Notes: generated by a model not told the origin, from the letters alone. A stretch of 64,000 nucleotides of DNA from Lama guanicoe (GCA_013239625.1 MU053520.1:897103-961102); one strand, 5' to 3'. Shown: positions 23,880 through 38,789, counted from the first letter of the stretch. A program made the numbers and translations.

Positions 23880-24915
23880 TATTTGCAAATGATGTATCTG
23901 ATAAGGGGTTAATATCCAAAATATGCAAAGAACACATACAACTCAACATCAAAAAAACAAACAACTCAATTAAAAACGGGCAGATGACCTGAATAGACTT
24001 TTTTTTCAAAGAAGACATAGAGGTGGACAAAAGGCACATGAAAAGATGTTCTCCGTCACTAATCATAAGAGAAATGCCAATCAAAACCGCAATGAGGTAC
24101 CACCTCACATCTGTCAGAAGTGTTATCATCAAAAGACAATAAAAATTACTGGCAAAGTTGTAGAAAAAAGGGGATCCTCATTCGTTTTTGGTGGGATAGT
24201 AAATTGATACAGCTACTTTGGAAAATAGTATTGAGGTTTCTCAAAAAATTAAAAATAGAACTGCCATAGGATCCAGCAATTTTACTTCTAGGTATTTATC
24301 TGAAGCAAAAACACTAATTCCAAAAGATTCATGCTCCCGTATGTTCATTGCAGCGTCATTCACAACAGTAAGACAGGGAAGCATCCAAAGGGCTCATTGA
24401 TAAATGAACAGGTAGAGAAGGTGCAGTACATATATACAATGGAACAAAGAAAAATGGAATGAAAAATGGAATCTTGTCATTCATGAAAATGTGGATGGCT
24501 GTAGAAGATATTATACTACGTGAAATAAGCCAGACAGAGAAATACAAATGCCGCATGATCGCTTATATGTGGAATCTGAAAAGCAAAAGAAACAAGCAAA
24601 ACAAAAGGAAAACAAACGCATGGATACAGAGGACAAATGGGGTAGCTGCCAGAAGGAGGTGGAGGAGGTGGTTAAAATAGATGTAGAGGATTAAGAGATA
24701 GAAACTTCCAGTCATAGAATAAATAACTCATGGAGATATAAATATATGGCATAAGGTATATGATAAATAATATGATAACTTTGCACGAGGAGAGACGGTT
24801 GCTGAATTATTGTGATGACCATTTTTTAATGCATCTCAATATCAAATCATCATGTAGTAACACCTGAAATGAACATATTGTATACGCCAGGAATGAGGAA
24901 AAAAAGTTAATAAAA
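23880..24915 (+). mobile_element. Older LINE-1 (end of ORF2 plus 3' UTR)
   Basis: TTTGCAAATGATGTATCTGATAAGGGGTTAATATCCAAAATAT...CACATGAAAAGATGTTC...GTGAAATAAGCCAGACAGAGAAATACAAAT. Confidence 0.9.
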
Positions 24916-25546
24916 AGGTATATATTTCTTTTTTAGGAGACAATCTTTAATACCTAACTTTTGTTTCATCTTTACTCATTATATTATTCAAATACTTTAA
25001 CGGCCTTTTAAAGTTTTTATTCACATGTCATGGAACAGTAGTGGTATGTTCAATACTCCTGTAACAATTGTGTTCCTGTCAAAATTTTGAGAAGGGCTCA
25101 ATACGTATATTGATGGCACACCATTAGATATCTAACTATACTTCGATTACTTGAATTGCAGTTGACTTTATCTGATGTCAGTTTCACTCACCTGTTGCTT
25201 CTTTCAATCATTTAAACATTATTTTATTTTTAGTTTCTCTGAATCTTATTGACGTCCATACTCCTTAGCCTCTGGTTGTGGCCTTTGGGGATTCAGTGAT
25301 AACTTTGACAAGGTTCTGTGTTGTTCTGACCAACCATTGGACATGTTATTGATTTTTTTTATTGTTCATCTGATCTATATATTACCTGGTCAGTGGCTAT
25401 TTCCGTCCTAATTGCAAGTAATATCTGAACCACTTTAATACACAGGCAAATTAAATTATTTCCCAACATAACTGCGGACAGCTTTATAATAAAAATACAG
25501 ATTTTTGGCTTTGTTTGAAAAAACAAAAGGCCTGAGAAATTGGACC

Positions 25547-26105
25547 TGTTTGGCAGTTACATAGGAATGGGCACCAGGCAAGGCGAGTGGAAAGGGGAGG
25601 GAATAATCCAGAAGATAACGGTACACTTGTGCTCTGGATAAGGGGCTTCAAAGAGTTTCACTTTCTCTAAATGAGTGCCAGCGAGAAACCAGATAGAACC
25701 AGACAGCTGTAACTGCCCGGTAGAGAGGACTGACCTGACATGACCCAGGGCTCATTATAATGTAATTAGCATCGCAGTTTAGGCGCCCTGTGGGTTTTCA
25801 GTGTGCATCGTGCGGAAGGGCATTCACAATAAGGAAAAGGTTATAAAACCTACACATGCCACTCAAATGATGTCAACTATCAAGTTAACTTAAGACAGCC
25901 CCTCCGCAACCGTAAAAAAGAAACAGGAACTAGGTGAGTATCTGCTTTTTACTCTCTTAGATCAGCCCGCCTTTAGTTCTCGAATGCCTGCTTTTGCTTT
26001 GCAAAGAAATCCTTAATTACACAGTGCTCTCGTCTCCCATTTGAAGTCTTATCTTTCGGGTAAGACAAGAATTGAAGCTGTTCCCTTCCCCTTTCTGCAG
26101 TAACA
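25547..26105 (+). mobile_element. ERV1-type solo LTR
   Basis: TGTTTGGCAGTTA...CAGTAACA termini; flanks GACC / GACT (3 of 4 TSD bases); homologous to the reverse complement of 49091-49643. Confidence 0.8.
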
Positions 26106-29100
26106 GACTCACCTTCCTTTCAGCAGTAATACGAGGAAACGGGTTCAGAGGTACCCCCTTTAAGATGGTCTCTTTGCCTTCTCCAACTTGTATCATCACC
26201 TTTTCTTAATTCACACTGACAACCTGGGTTTTGGTCTCTATTCAGAAACCTATCTCTTCTCCCTCCACCTATCAACAAAAACTTTATAAACTTTAAACTT
26301 GACTTATGACTGACCTGGACCCACTGCTTTTCGTTAAGAGTGATTTTGCCTGAAGTCTCTTTTAAAACTTGGCTCTCTTCTGATTCTGCTTCTGAACTGG
26401 TGAGACACCGACTCACAAAGGGGGAATATTTATTTCATCTTGTGCGTGAAGAAGAAAGCATTACTGTCATTCAGTAAACGTGTTCTACTTTCTACTGAAG
26501 TCCCCAAACGGAAAGCAAGCCACCCAAAAGAAAGCCTATAAACAAACAATTACCTGGAAAGTACCTTCTTTCTCATGCATTTAGAGGGAGTTCTCAAGAA
26601 AGAATCTTTTGCAAAACCAAGACGCCTGAAAGTTTCAGGCCCGGGTGCTTAAATGATGTAAAGGGAATTCAAGGAGAGCTGCTGGATGCAGTGTTAGTCC
26701 TTGTAACACTGTCATAGATGCTCATGTTTTTGTGGCTTATTTTTATAAGGCTGTCATGTCTGAATTTATTTTGCCAAGCAGACATTCTCTTTTCCACTCT
26801 ACTGCTGTTCTAAATGCCCAACTACATATCCGTATCTTCATCTCTCTTCTTTCCTTGTCATCCTTGAACTATTTCTTTATCTTTCCCAAGTGACATACAT
26901 TTTTCTTGCTCTCTTTATATTTCTATTGTTAGCTTGAGTTAGACTTGGGTCTGCCGCATTCTTTTCAAAGCCTTGAGGTGTCATTAGAAAGAGCGCCAGT
27001 TACATCTCCTGATCATCACCTCCTTCTTATTCAGGCTCTTTTCATTTTGGCATTGCAAATTATAATGAAGTTAAAAAGCACATTTCTCTCTAACGACGGC
27101 AAGCTATAGGCTTCAAAGGGATTTACAAAAAGATGGATGTGCTTGAAAATAAATGGGTAGATAGTAAATTGGCAATTATTTTTACCTATACATGTTTTAA
27201 ATATAGTGGCACATGCATTGTGTATGAATAGGCATTTTTGTATCTGTTGTTAATTAAACAATTTAGAGGGGTTTTTTTTCAGTAGTGCACTGCGCATTTT
27301 GAGTATTTCATTGGATCCTTTTCTTGGCGTTCCTTTGCCCTGTCCCTGTCTGTCTCTCAGAAGCTGCTTCTGCTGCTACTGCCTGTGAACCATGTGGAGG
27401 CTGGCACTTCTTATCAGATCAATCATTGCTAAACAGTGTTAAGCTGAAATAGTAATGGGATATTAGCCCCTATTGGTATTTTATCCAGAAAACTAAAAGA
27501 TTATAGAAAAAGGCAGAGCATTTTTGAGAAATGTGAAAGCCTCTGAGACCAAATACTTGCTGATGTAGACTACAGATTTCTTTGCTTCTTTGTCTGTTAA
27601 ACCTCATGGCATGTTTGTTATTCGGTGAACTACATTTTGCTTAGTCAGCTAATATTTCAAAAGAGTAATTTGATTTGAATTTAAGAGCATGAACTGTCTT
27701 GGTAGATAGGAAATGTTTATGTTAGGCATTTTACAGCTGATGTAGACCTTATAGGCAGTAGAAAGATGACCAGCGTACAATGTTTGATGGTTTTTAACCA
27801 CCTAGCATCCATGTTCCCTTTCTAATAATACTCTGGTTTGCTTTTGAAAAATTATCTCACCAAGTGTGTATATATACGGCCTATACAGGGCCTTAGTGGG
27901 TGAAAACTGAGGTACTTGACTCTGTCAATGGAAGATCCTTCTTCTCTCTGCCTGTCAAGAGCAGGCATCTGATCCAAAATTGGCCAAATGCTGCTTTTTG
28001 ATAGGACACTGCATCCTGAGCAAATGAAGTAGGAAAGGAAGAGATTAGGAATTACCACTGGAATAAATGGACACTTTTATACTAGTAGGTAACACCTAAC
28101 CTGGAGAGTCTATTTAAAGGACTATTGGTGTTGCTTCTGCATTCAAACTCTTTGAACTGAATTTCTAGTCTGCAGTCTTTCCGCTGTAAAACACAGCCTC
28201 TTAGAAATCAGTGCAGTGTGGAGCTGAACATCCTAACACAGAGCTTAAGGGCGTCAGCACTAAAATCAGGCTGTCTCAGTTCAGCCCTGGCTTTACAGCT
28301 CATCAGATGACTTTGGTCCCTTTAGTCCTTCACCTCTTCCCCTGTGAAGCAAGTTTAAGATTAATGGTACAAGATAGGATGTCCTTACTCTGTCTATCCC
28401 CTGGAGCCCTATGTTTGTAAATCACTTAGAATAGAGCCTGAGATAGTGCACATTCTCAAGATTTAATTATGATATCTATTGTCCCAAAACTATCTCCAAA
28501 TTTTTAGTTTAGTCTCTTGTCATCACACACACACATACACACAAACACACATACACACCATTATCTCAGCTAATCTCTTCACAAAGTCCTTCATCATCCA
28601 GCATGTAAACATTTAACAAAAGAAAACAGAACAACAACAAATAACCTAAGTCAGTTCCCATTAAACTAAAAGAAACTCAAAATTACCAAGTTCCAGTTTC
28701 AGTGTGCAAGGTAGCTCCATTAGCCTCCAAAGCACATGGAATATCATTCTGCCAAAAATAATTGTGTTGTGGCGAATTTGAATGTCAGTTATGTTTGTTC
28801 CAGGCGGCATTTCAAAGAAGTTTCTGTTGCCGTAACTGCAGCGTCATTTATCAGGAATGTATTCCTTTTAGAGTCTCATAGAACTCACCATGATGAATTG
28901 AGAAACATTGGGCTAAGTGTTAGGCCATAGACACAGAGAACAATGGAAATATTCTGAGGCTTTTGACATATTGGATCTCCCAATGTTCAATTAAGATTGA
29001 CTTTTATTGCTCAAAAGCAGGGTAAAGGGAGAAAAATTGCAAAGATCTGGGAACCTTTATCAACTTTTTACCAGTCACAATACTTAAAAGGGGTATCTGG

Positions 29101-30891
29101 TCATCCCCACTGTTTTTATCTTATTTCTCACCTGACTTTCAGTAAAAAAAGTTGTGTATTCTGAAATGCTCTGGGAGAGCAAAGAGAAATGCCTGAGAAT
29201 GATAACTAGCTGGAAGCAATTTAGGTAGCTGGCCAGCTCTGATAACTGTCAGCAAATAACACTAATAGCATGCTATTCACTCAGAGTCTATAAGATTAAC
29301 GGTGCAAGATAGGATATTTCATATCCTTACTCTGTTTACCAGCATGAGATAAAATGGAAATGGCTTTTAAAATATGGAAATTCCATTGTGTGTTTTACTG
29401 AGAACATACATTTCTCAAGGTATTTTTGCAACATTAGCACAGATCTGACACATTTTACTATTTTAAAAAGATTTCAATGCTGCAAAATATGTAAGTGGTC
29501 CCAAGGATAAAATGCAGGGTTTAGAGAGGGAGGGGGTTTGAAGTGTTTAGCTGTAAGTTCTTTTGATCCAGAGGGAAGTTGGAAATGCCCTTTTTTTGTG
29601 TGAAATGTAGACCATGGATCTCATAGGCATTTTTTTCTTTTTACTTAGAACACATTTTCATTTAGCATAGGCAATTTAGGGGAATAAAATATTCAAAAAT
29701 AAAAATACGATGTTTTTAATGACTAAAACCAAAATAAAACAGATTTAAAATAGTTTTCATGATTCCTTTTAAAAATACACTTTAAGTTATTGTATTTTGA
29801 TGCCAGAAATAGATTCTTTTCATTCAATATTCTCATTTTCTATTTCTTGGGAAAAAAATGAAGAACCAAATTTTCTAAATTATTAGGTGATTTAGAGCTA
29901 GGCCCACTTTAGCATCAATATAACAGCAAAGACATTTTTTCTAAAAATTAATATTTAATAGTTTCATTAATACAAATGGCATTTCTAATAGGTCCTTTAA
30001 TTACATTGTTTTAGTAAAATATAAATTTAAAAAATCCTGAATTAATACCAGAGTTTGACAAATACTTTTTTGAGAAAGTTATTATAAATACAGGACTAGG
30101 AAATACAGGGCAAGGGGAATGCTATTAAATTGGCAACTTAGCAAATCTTCAATTACTTTCAGAGAGATCTTGAACTAAAGTGGACATACTGGGAAGCTGT
30201 TCTGTAATACAGAGAAATTTCTTAATGAAGATTTTGCAAGAATGTAAAGATGTTCTGGGTGAAAGTTCAAAATATGTGCATTTATTACCTTTTTTATTAA
30301 GTCAGTGCATACTTAATACTACTGTATTCTGCAAGTTCTCCTTTTGTGGACCTTTTTATATTTAATTATTTTCCTCTTCAATTCATTTGCAGGTCTGTTA
30401 CCAAAATCTTATCTTCTGAATTTTCTTAAGTTCATTCCACTCCATCCTCACTTCCAACCCTGTTACATTGGTCTTTATCACATCACTATTGTGGGCAGGG
30501 CATGTGTGTTAGGGGTTGGAATCTCTTAGAATACCCACCTATTTGGTTGGTTAAGTGTTTGAAAAGCTATTACTCCATCAGCAGCTGACCAAGGAGGAGC
30601 AGGGGGCAAGAAGAAGAAAAGCATTGTGCAGGCCAGTGTTGACAAGTCCCAGCTGTACAGGGCGTGTGGCGTGTATATGTGTATGTGTATACATGTTGCA
30701 GAAAATGAGAGTTCAAATAGGTAAGTAGGCAATGAGTAATTTTGAAAGGTTTTTTTTCTACTTTGTATACCCTATAGATATTTATTGGATATTTTTGATA
30801 TACTATGCTATGAGGAAATGTAAGGAGTATAGTGTGGTGTCCACAGAAGACAATAGGAGAAGAATGCAATCTAATAGTTTGGAAGTATAAT

Positions 30892-31527
30892 TGTTGCTGG
30901 TGGTGCTAGGTTCTTTTCCCATCACAGAAAGAATTCAGAGGTGGGATGCAGAGGTTAAGGAATAAAGTGAGGATTCATTAAGGGATGGACAGTACACTCC
31001 CAAGGGGAGAGCAGGCAGGCTCAGGTGAACAGCTGCCCTTTCTTTGGCAAGTTGGTTACATAGCGTGTAAAAATGAATGGGCAGAATATTGATTGGGGAG
31101 GGAAGGGTTTATGGCTGTAATTCTGACTTTCATCCCAACTCCACCTTCCTGAAGGTAAGGAAAATTTTTTGTCCTTATTTAGTCTGGATCAGAAGTGTCA
31201 TGGCGTCAGTGCAAGGCTTCTCATCTGCAAGGCTAATTTTATTGAAATGAGAGCATAATGAGCAAAAGGTTACATTAGGACACTGGGGATTTCTTCCTTT
31301 TCCCATCTTTCTTTGTCGGCCTTCAGGCCACTTGCCACACCAAAATGTGTGAACACTTATTCACCCAGAGGTTCCTGCTTTTCTTTCTCTGCCCAGTGAT
31401 CCCTATTGTTTACACGATGCAGGGTTTCCTGCATTTGGCCCGTGCCCCTCCTTTTTGCCCAATTCCTGACGTTTGGCCTGCATCCCCCCTTTCTCTTCTC
31501 ATCTCTAGCTATCTGCCTGTTCTAACA
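30892..31527 (-). mobile_element. ERV1-type solo LTR with perfect 4-bp TSD
   Basis: TAAT|TGTTGCTGG...GTTCTAACA|TAAT; TG...CA termini. Confidence 0.9.
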
Positions 31528-34022
31528 TAATAACTGGGGTAACGACAAGGGACTATATGACCGCATAGAGGGACAATTAACATATTTTCTGCTACAGACC
31601 ATAAATCTTCCTGGAGGAGGTAATGCCTGATCTGAGACTCAAGTCATAATAGAAAAGTGAAAGGAGAGAAGTGGGTTAGAGATGACTCATGGGAAGGTCT
31701 TTTCAAACAGAAGATACAAAATGCGCTGGTGCCTAGAAGGCTGAGATCATCTGGCACGTTCTGAAAGTTGTGTTTAGCTCTTTTGGGTTGGAGAGTTGGG
31801 TATCAGAGGGCTGAGGATGCAAAACTCTTCTTGTCTCCACTGGAATGAGTTTGAGTTTTTACAGACAGCAGCAGGTGGAGATATTCCAGAAAAGGGCTGG
31901 AAAATCAAGTGAAAGCAGGGTCTGAGGGACCAGAAAGAATACTGAGAAGGGCCAAAGTCCTCCGTTTTCCTTCAAGCAGCTCTTAAAGATCTCTCAGTTT
32001 CCTGCTAGGAACTGTAACACCTCAGTTGCTTCTTTGGTTACAAGCAATAAAAACCATTTCTGACTAATTTAAAAAGATAATTTATTGGAAGGATGTTGAT
32101 GGCCTATAAAAGTAAAATAGAAAATGAACCCTGGAAGTAAGCAGAAAAGAAGTCAGTTTTATGTTCAGTCTGAGCTCTCTTTCAATTCACAGAAAAATAC
32201 TGCAGCTAATCACTGGCTGTGTGTCAAACACCCTATAAGGCTGGGCACTGTGGAACCAGAGTTGAAGGAAATAGTTATGTGCCTGCCTTTATTGCTCTCA
32301 GAGTCTAGCAGGGTTGGAGGTAGAGGGGATGTACATGAAGTAATCCCCAAAGACACTTACATAGTTATGAAATGTGATAAGCAGGGTGTGATGAGAGAGA
32401 AATAACAGAATTTTAAATCAGCACGTCAGCGAAAGAGGTGACACATTTAAACTTTACTCTTAGATGTGAAGCATGCGTAGTTATCCAGGTGAAAAGCATG
32501 TGTGAATTCCCTGAATTGTGAAAGGAGTTAGTGTACTAGAACATCATAAAGGCACATGGGTTAGAGCAGAGCCAGTAAGGAGGAGTGTGGGATAAAATAA
32601 AACTGAAAGCAGGCTGGAGCAAGGTCCTGCTGAGTTCAGTAAATCAGGCAAAGATTTGCTATGATATTCTAACTGTGCTGAGAAGCTGGTGAGGGGTTTC
32701 CAGCTGAAACATAGGAGCAGCACTTGAAAGACTGATCTGGATGCTACAGAGTGAGGAGGGTGTAGGAGGCAGGAATAGAAGTGATGATGTCTGGACAGAG
32801 GTTTTATGGAAATCTGGATGCATTAAACAGTTGGGTTTCAGGTTGCCTGCCTACGGTGCCTCTGCACTTCTCTTCTCCCAGTTCTTTTGGGGACTTTCTT
32901 TGCCTCGTCCACACATCCTGGATGAAATGCTTAGTCTTGGTGCCCAAAGGTGGTTCCTCAAAGTATCCCCATCTCTCTAGCCAAAATGCTTGTCTCAGGA
33001 ACAACCAATGACTCAGTCAGCATATTCTGTGGGATTCAGGGATAGATGTCAGAGAATAGAAGTTCCTTTTCACTGTAGTGGCTAAGTTGGTGACATGTAA
33101 GCAGAGTACTTCTGGCAGCCATTAAAAAAATATATATATAGTGATTTAGGGTAGTTCAGACTGGAATGAGAGGCCAAAAGGGCTTAAGGTGGGATCAGCA
33201 TTACCAACTTTCCTTTTCCTTCCAGGTCCAATGGGGCTCCTACAGCACAGATATTAATCCTTTATTTAAAATTTTGATCTTTAGTTCATTATGTTTTTTT
33301 GCATTCTTTTTTTTCAAAATGTGACATTAAAATATGATTGATCTTGATACACTGAGTTGTCTGTTACTCCCTACAATCTTGCACCAAAGAAGATGCCTCA
33401 CTCACCTGTCCTGGGTCAAAACTGATCGGTTTGGATCTGTCAATCTGTCCTGGAATCTTACTCTTATGTTCAGGAAACACTGTACCTCTCATGGCTTGAT
33501 GGGAAGCAGAGCCCACCTTTCACGACCAACTTCAAAATGCCAGCTATGGCGCGGGTGGATACGGTGGGTTGGTTCCGTCCACATCCATTCCAATGGGCTT
33601 CCATATTGTCACCCTCTGTTTTAGAAACTAGGAAAAAAAAAAAAAGAAAGAAAGAAAGAAAAGAAAAATCACGTGATTTTGATGAGTGAGCTCATAACCT
33701 AGGTTCTGCTACTTATGTGGCTTCATGGAAGACTTGGATCCACCTGAAGTAATGGCTAGGTGTGTAGTGATGAGATATCTGCATACGTCTGGTGGCAGGG
33801 GCAGATATCTGTAGACTTCCAGGGGCAGCTGAGCCTCTGGTTTCCAGTCCTCATGGAGAGAAGAGCTAAGTAGCAGTCTGTCACAGTTCATTTCACTAGC
33901 TAATGCATTGATTTTATTTTCTGACCATGTAGAACTCATACCTGGTTCTTTTGGCCCTCCTAAAGATTCTGAGAGTAACGTAATATTATTTAATTCATTT
34001 TTCATTTAAACATGCTCTTGGT

Positions 34023-34172
34023 GGGGAGGGTATAGCTCAAATGGCAGAGTACATGCTTATTAGCATGCCTGAGGTCCTGGGTTCAATCCTCAGTACCTCC
34101 ATTAAAAAGAAATTAAATAAATAAACCTAATTTCCTCCCCCCAAACAATAACAACAACAACAAAACAAAAAA
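34023..34172 (+). mobile_element. tRNA-derived SINE, Vic-1-like (camelid)
   Basis: GGGGAGGGTATAGCTCAAATGGCAGAG (A box)...GGGTTCAATCC (B box), A-rich tail; candidate TSD TAAACATGCT (34007-34016) / TAAACAAGCT (34173-34182). Confidence 0.9.
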
Positions 34173-34379
34173 TAAACAAGCTGAAGGGGCTCTGTTGTGT
34201 GTAACAAAGAGCTCAGTCCATGTGCTAACTTTTCCAGTCTTCCTTACAGCAAAGGCAGAGACACACATATGAGAGTCAGCAATCAGATGCATCTATTTTG
34301 TACCTTGAATTAGGAGCGAATGACACAAAGCAGAAAAGGGACATGGAAGTGTGGGAGGAAATGGCAGCAGAAACAAACA

Positions 34380-34585
34380 ATCTCTAGTTTTGTGAAAGTG
34401 GCCACGGCAGGTACCAGAGGCGGTACCTGGATGCCTGGCTTTCAGCCTCGTGAGACCTTGAGCAGGTGGTTTTGCTAACCTGTGTCTAGACTCCTGACCC
34501 ATGGATTCAGAGAGATAATAATTTCCTGCTGTTTTATGCCTCGACATCTGTGAATTTATTACACAGTGAGAGAAAATTAAAACAA
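34380..34585 (+). mobile_element. MLT1 LTR 3' fragment
   Basis: CTAGACTCCTGACCCATGGA..GAGATAATAA..TGCTGTTTTATGCC..AATTTATTACACAG..GAAAATTAAAACA. Confidence 0.65.
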
Positions 34586-37500
34586 TGCGCAGTGTTTAAT
34601 CAAACTTTTTTAGCAGCACACAAAACAATGGAGTGTCTTCGCACATGGCTTCAAGACAATATCTACAGTGACTTAAAATTTCCCTCTTTTGTTCAGAAAT
34701 TCAGCTTTTCAAATTCAGGATTAAATAAATCAAGATATTGGGTTCATCCAGCTGGAGTGGCACTGAAGGGAAAACAAAAATGTTGGGAGTACTTGCAAGA
34801 TATCATTTATGATAATGAGCCAGGTTATTTAAGCAAAGATCAAAAATACTGAGAAAAGAGGGATAATGGATAGCAAGAAGTTGTACTGCCATTTAACATC
34901 TTTAAGATTTTAGAAAAGTTACTGTATCTTCAATCTTTTCTCATTTATAAAATGGAGCTAACTATGCTATTTCACAGGGCAGTAGTGATGGCTGTATAAA
35001 ATGACATATGTATACTATGTATTCTGATGTCCTGTATATGGTAAGCAGCTATATTCTGCCATCAAAAGCTATTTAAGAGAATATTACTCTAATTTATTTA
35101 TCTAGAAGTGATTTCAATGAGAATGTTTTCTTTGGTCCCTATTGCCATGAACTACTCTGTCATGTCTTGAAACATTTCTAGGCTTATGGCCCAGAAATGA
35201 AAATTATTTTTTAAGTTAACTTCTATAGACCAGAATAAAATAAAATTTTAACTAAATGCATAACATTAGGGAAACTGCAGCTCGTTATTCAGGACCAAGG
35301 AAAACTTACAAATCACACCAAAAAGAAAAGTTTAGCTTATTCCAACAAGCTTGTAACCATTTGTGAAGTCTAAAATATTTTAAGTATCTTTAAGCTGTTG
35401 AAATATATCACTAGTGCAACTGAACAAATCTTTATTAAGGTAAGTTTTTACATTCTCCACACACTCAAGCTATGTCTGTACTGACATTTCAAACCAGAAG
35501 CTTGAAGCCTTTCTTTCCTTGAAGTCATGAAGGTCATTCTTTCTTAGTATTTCATTCATCTTGCGTTTCAATCACATGCCCTGTAAACATTGCAGAGAAA
35601 TCTCAGTGAAATCTTAGCTCTGGTATATTTTATATTGACAGGGTTAACCAACTGTAACAGCTACTTAAAGATATATATATTTTTTAATATAACTGGCTGA
35701 AAATAGAATTACTGCTACTTAAAGATGACTCCAAAATAAAGATATAGCTATTGTTATATAAGTTAATATCAACTTTATTTTCATACAGAAGTTTGCATTC
35801 ACCAAACACACACGCACAATTGTTGGTACAGCTCTTTGTAAATTACAAGCAGCCCCATATACCTCATTTATTTTTGTGATTAACTCTAAATCCGGTGGAA
35901 TTCTGACCACTACCAACATAGTTTTTTAGAATCTCTGAATGCAGCTCATTTAATTTATAGTACTCTAAACTATAAGAACTTTGAAACATTTATATTGAAG
36001 AAGAGCAACATTCAAACACCTCGAAGTGAATGTTTGTAAATACAGCTGGAAAAAGAACCCTAGAGGAAGACTGATATTAAAGGCATTTAACCGTCTGTAT
36101 GGTCTGCACACTCACCAGTTAGAATGGGCTGGAGAAAACAGTGATGCATGGTGTCCATCAGCATTGATCTATAATCATTTTGAAAATTTTCTAACGTTTT
36201 CTGAATATTCTACTGAATGATACGGTAGTAAATAATACTTTTGTAGGATGTCACCTTTTAAATAGTGTTTTTACATGCATAACTTTTGTAACAGTTCCAT
36301 CATTATCAACCATTTTACAGACAAGAGAACGGAGAATCAGTAGAGAAACAATATACGCATAAGAAACTACAAAACCAGTTGACAGAGGGTTTTGGATTCA
36401 AACTTGAGACTTCTGATTTTAAGTGTGGGCTCATTTCCTGGTAACATATTTGATATCTACAATTAAAGCTATAGATATAGATGTAGACACATTTTATATA
36501 TATCTTACATACACATATACACATACATATACATTTTTCTTATTGTCAGAAAAACTACTAAATTTCTCTAACTCTTTTCAATATTTGAGACGTATCTGTG
36601 AAAAGGTTTTCAGATTTGATTATTGGTTAGTTTTTGAACAAACAAGACTTCTACTGTGAGAAGTGAACATCTCTCTATTATGTAATCGAAAACCCTCATG
36701 CTATCATTTGTGTCAATGAGAGTCCAACACTGACTCTGATTCCAGGAAAATACATTACAGATATAAGGCAGAAAACTCTCATGAATCTACCGAATCACGC
36801 TTTGAGAACCTAGAAGTTGGCTGAGACCACTGCAAATTGGAATCCATTTCTATTTGACCTGAACGTTTTTCCTGTTTTTTTTTGTGTGTGTATTTTAATT
36901 AAAAATAATAAATTCCCTCTTGCAGAGGAAAAAAACTATATTTTGTAAAGGAAGTTTATTCAGTGATGCATCTAAATGATTCAGGAAGACAGTTCATAGG
37001 CAATTGCAACACTCCGATATGAGAAAGAGCACAAACCAAACAGAGGGATACAGAGAATGAAAGGATGTGAGAGATGTTTAAGAGGACTGGGTGATTAATC
37101 AGACATGGAGGTGAGAAGGAAATGGAGAGTAGTGATGACTCTCATGTTTCTTACTTGGGTGGTGGTAAGTATGTTAGAACCTTTTACAAATGTTGGAAAT
37201 GTAAATTATAGTTCAGAAATGTTCAGGTTTGCGTGATGTTTTAAACCAAATCAACAAACATTCAGTTTAATGTTGTGATTCTGAATCAGGTATTTGGCAT
37301 CAGAAAAATGTATTTCATGTTAGAAATTGACAAGCCAGCAATTTCTGCAGTGCCTACAATTATACTATGTAATTTACAGACCATGGAGCATTTGGTTTGG
37401 CTACAGAGTCAGAATAATAGTTTCAGTCGATGTAGCTTTATAGTATGGAATATTACATGAATTAAATTTAGGCAATTCATTCTATTGCTCCTGGCATAGA

Positions 37501-37891
37501 GCCAGAAGCACATGCCTCAAACTGGGTAATCAACACTGCTACATGTAATCAGTTGAATTTAGACTGTAGATAAACATAGGGCTAAAGTAAGTAAACTCAA
37601 TTACAAATATTCAGATGTGATTAAATAACCCTCTATAGGGATGTGTAAAAATATTTGAATAAAAATATCCATTGCTTCCAGGATAAACTAATCTTACCTG
37701 AAGACACTATTTACTTATTCAACCTGTGATTCCTGAGCAGCTATTTTGATCCAGACACTGTGCTAGTAAGCTGTGGGGATACAATTGTAAAAATTGTGGC
37801 TTCTGTAATTTATAGTGTGGAGGAGGAGAAAAAATGTTCTATATCACAAAAACCTATAATTTAAAAAGGTGATAAACCCTATGCAGAAAGA

Positions 37892-38388
37892 TGCGGTAGG
37901 CAGAAAAATAAATGCCCCCTGCCTCAAAAGATGTCCACATACTAATTTCTAGAATCAATGAACTTTGTTACCTTATATGGCTTTGTGGATGTGATGAGGT
38001 TAAGAATCATGAAATGGTATTATCCATATGAGCCCAGGGTGATCACAAGGGTCCTTAAAAGAGGGAAGCAGAATGGTTAAAGTTGGAGAAGGAGATGTGG
38101 CAATAAAAGCAGACAGAATCAAAGAGAGATTTGAAGATGCTATGCTGCTGGCGTTAAAGATGGAGAAAGGGGCCATGAGCTAAGGAACTTCAAAAGCTTG
38201 AAAAGACAAGAAAACAGACTCCCCCAAGAACCTTCAGAGAATGTGCAGCCCTGCTGATACTTGATTTCAGTGCAGTAAAATCTGTTTTGGATCTCCAATC
38301 TCCAGAAATGTACAATAATAAATATGTGTTGTTTTAAGCCACAAAATGTGTGATACGTTGTTATAGTAGTAATAGGAGGCTAATTCAA
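37892..38388 (+). mobile_element. MLT1D-like MaLR LTR
   Basis: TGCGGTAGGCAGAA..AAAGATGTCCAC..TGTTACCTTATATGG..TTTGAAGATGCTATGCTGCTGGC..TGTGTTGTTTTAAGCCAC..GCTAATTCA. Confidence 0.9.
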
Positions 38389-38789
38389 CAGGTTCAAGGA
38401 ACTCTACAGAGAATATACAGTCAAGGGATCTGGTTTAGAAGCTCTCATTTTAAACATGAATTTGAAAATCTTGTATGGTCACACCAAACTCCTTAAAATA
38501 AATAGTTCCCTTTTTTCTTTTTTTTTGCTTTAGATCAAACAGCAAAATCCATAACATGATCAACATGGCCCTGATGCTCCATTCTGTGTATGTTTCTCCA
38601 GTTCTGTGGAATGCAGCTTCCCCATGGATCTCACCATTGCTCCAATGCTGCTCTGCTCTTGGTTCTTTGAAATGAGCAGCATTTCTTCCCTCTGTGAGAC
38701 TTTTTAGACAAGGTCTGAGATGATTCCCTACTGCAGCTTTTGCCTTTCCTCCAGTTCGTTCCATCTTATCTTCAGATCTGTGTTCAGTT

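Noticed and set aside
34023..34098. tRNA gene
   Set aside because: Degenerate cloverleaf with SINE body, A-rich tail and TSD: a SINE, not a tRNA.
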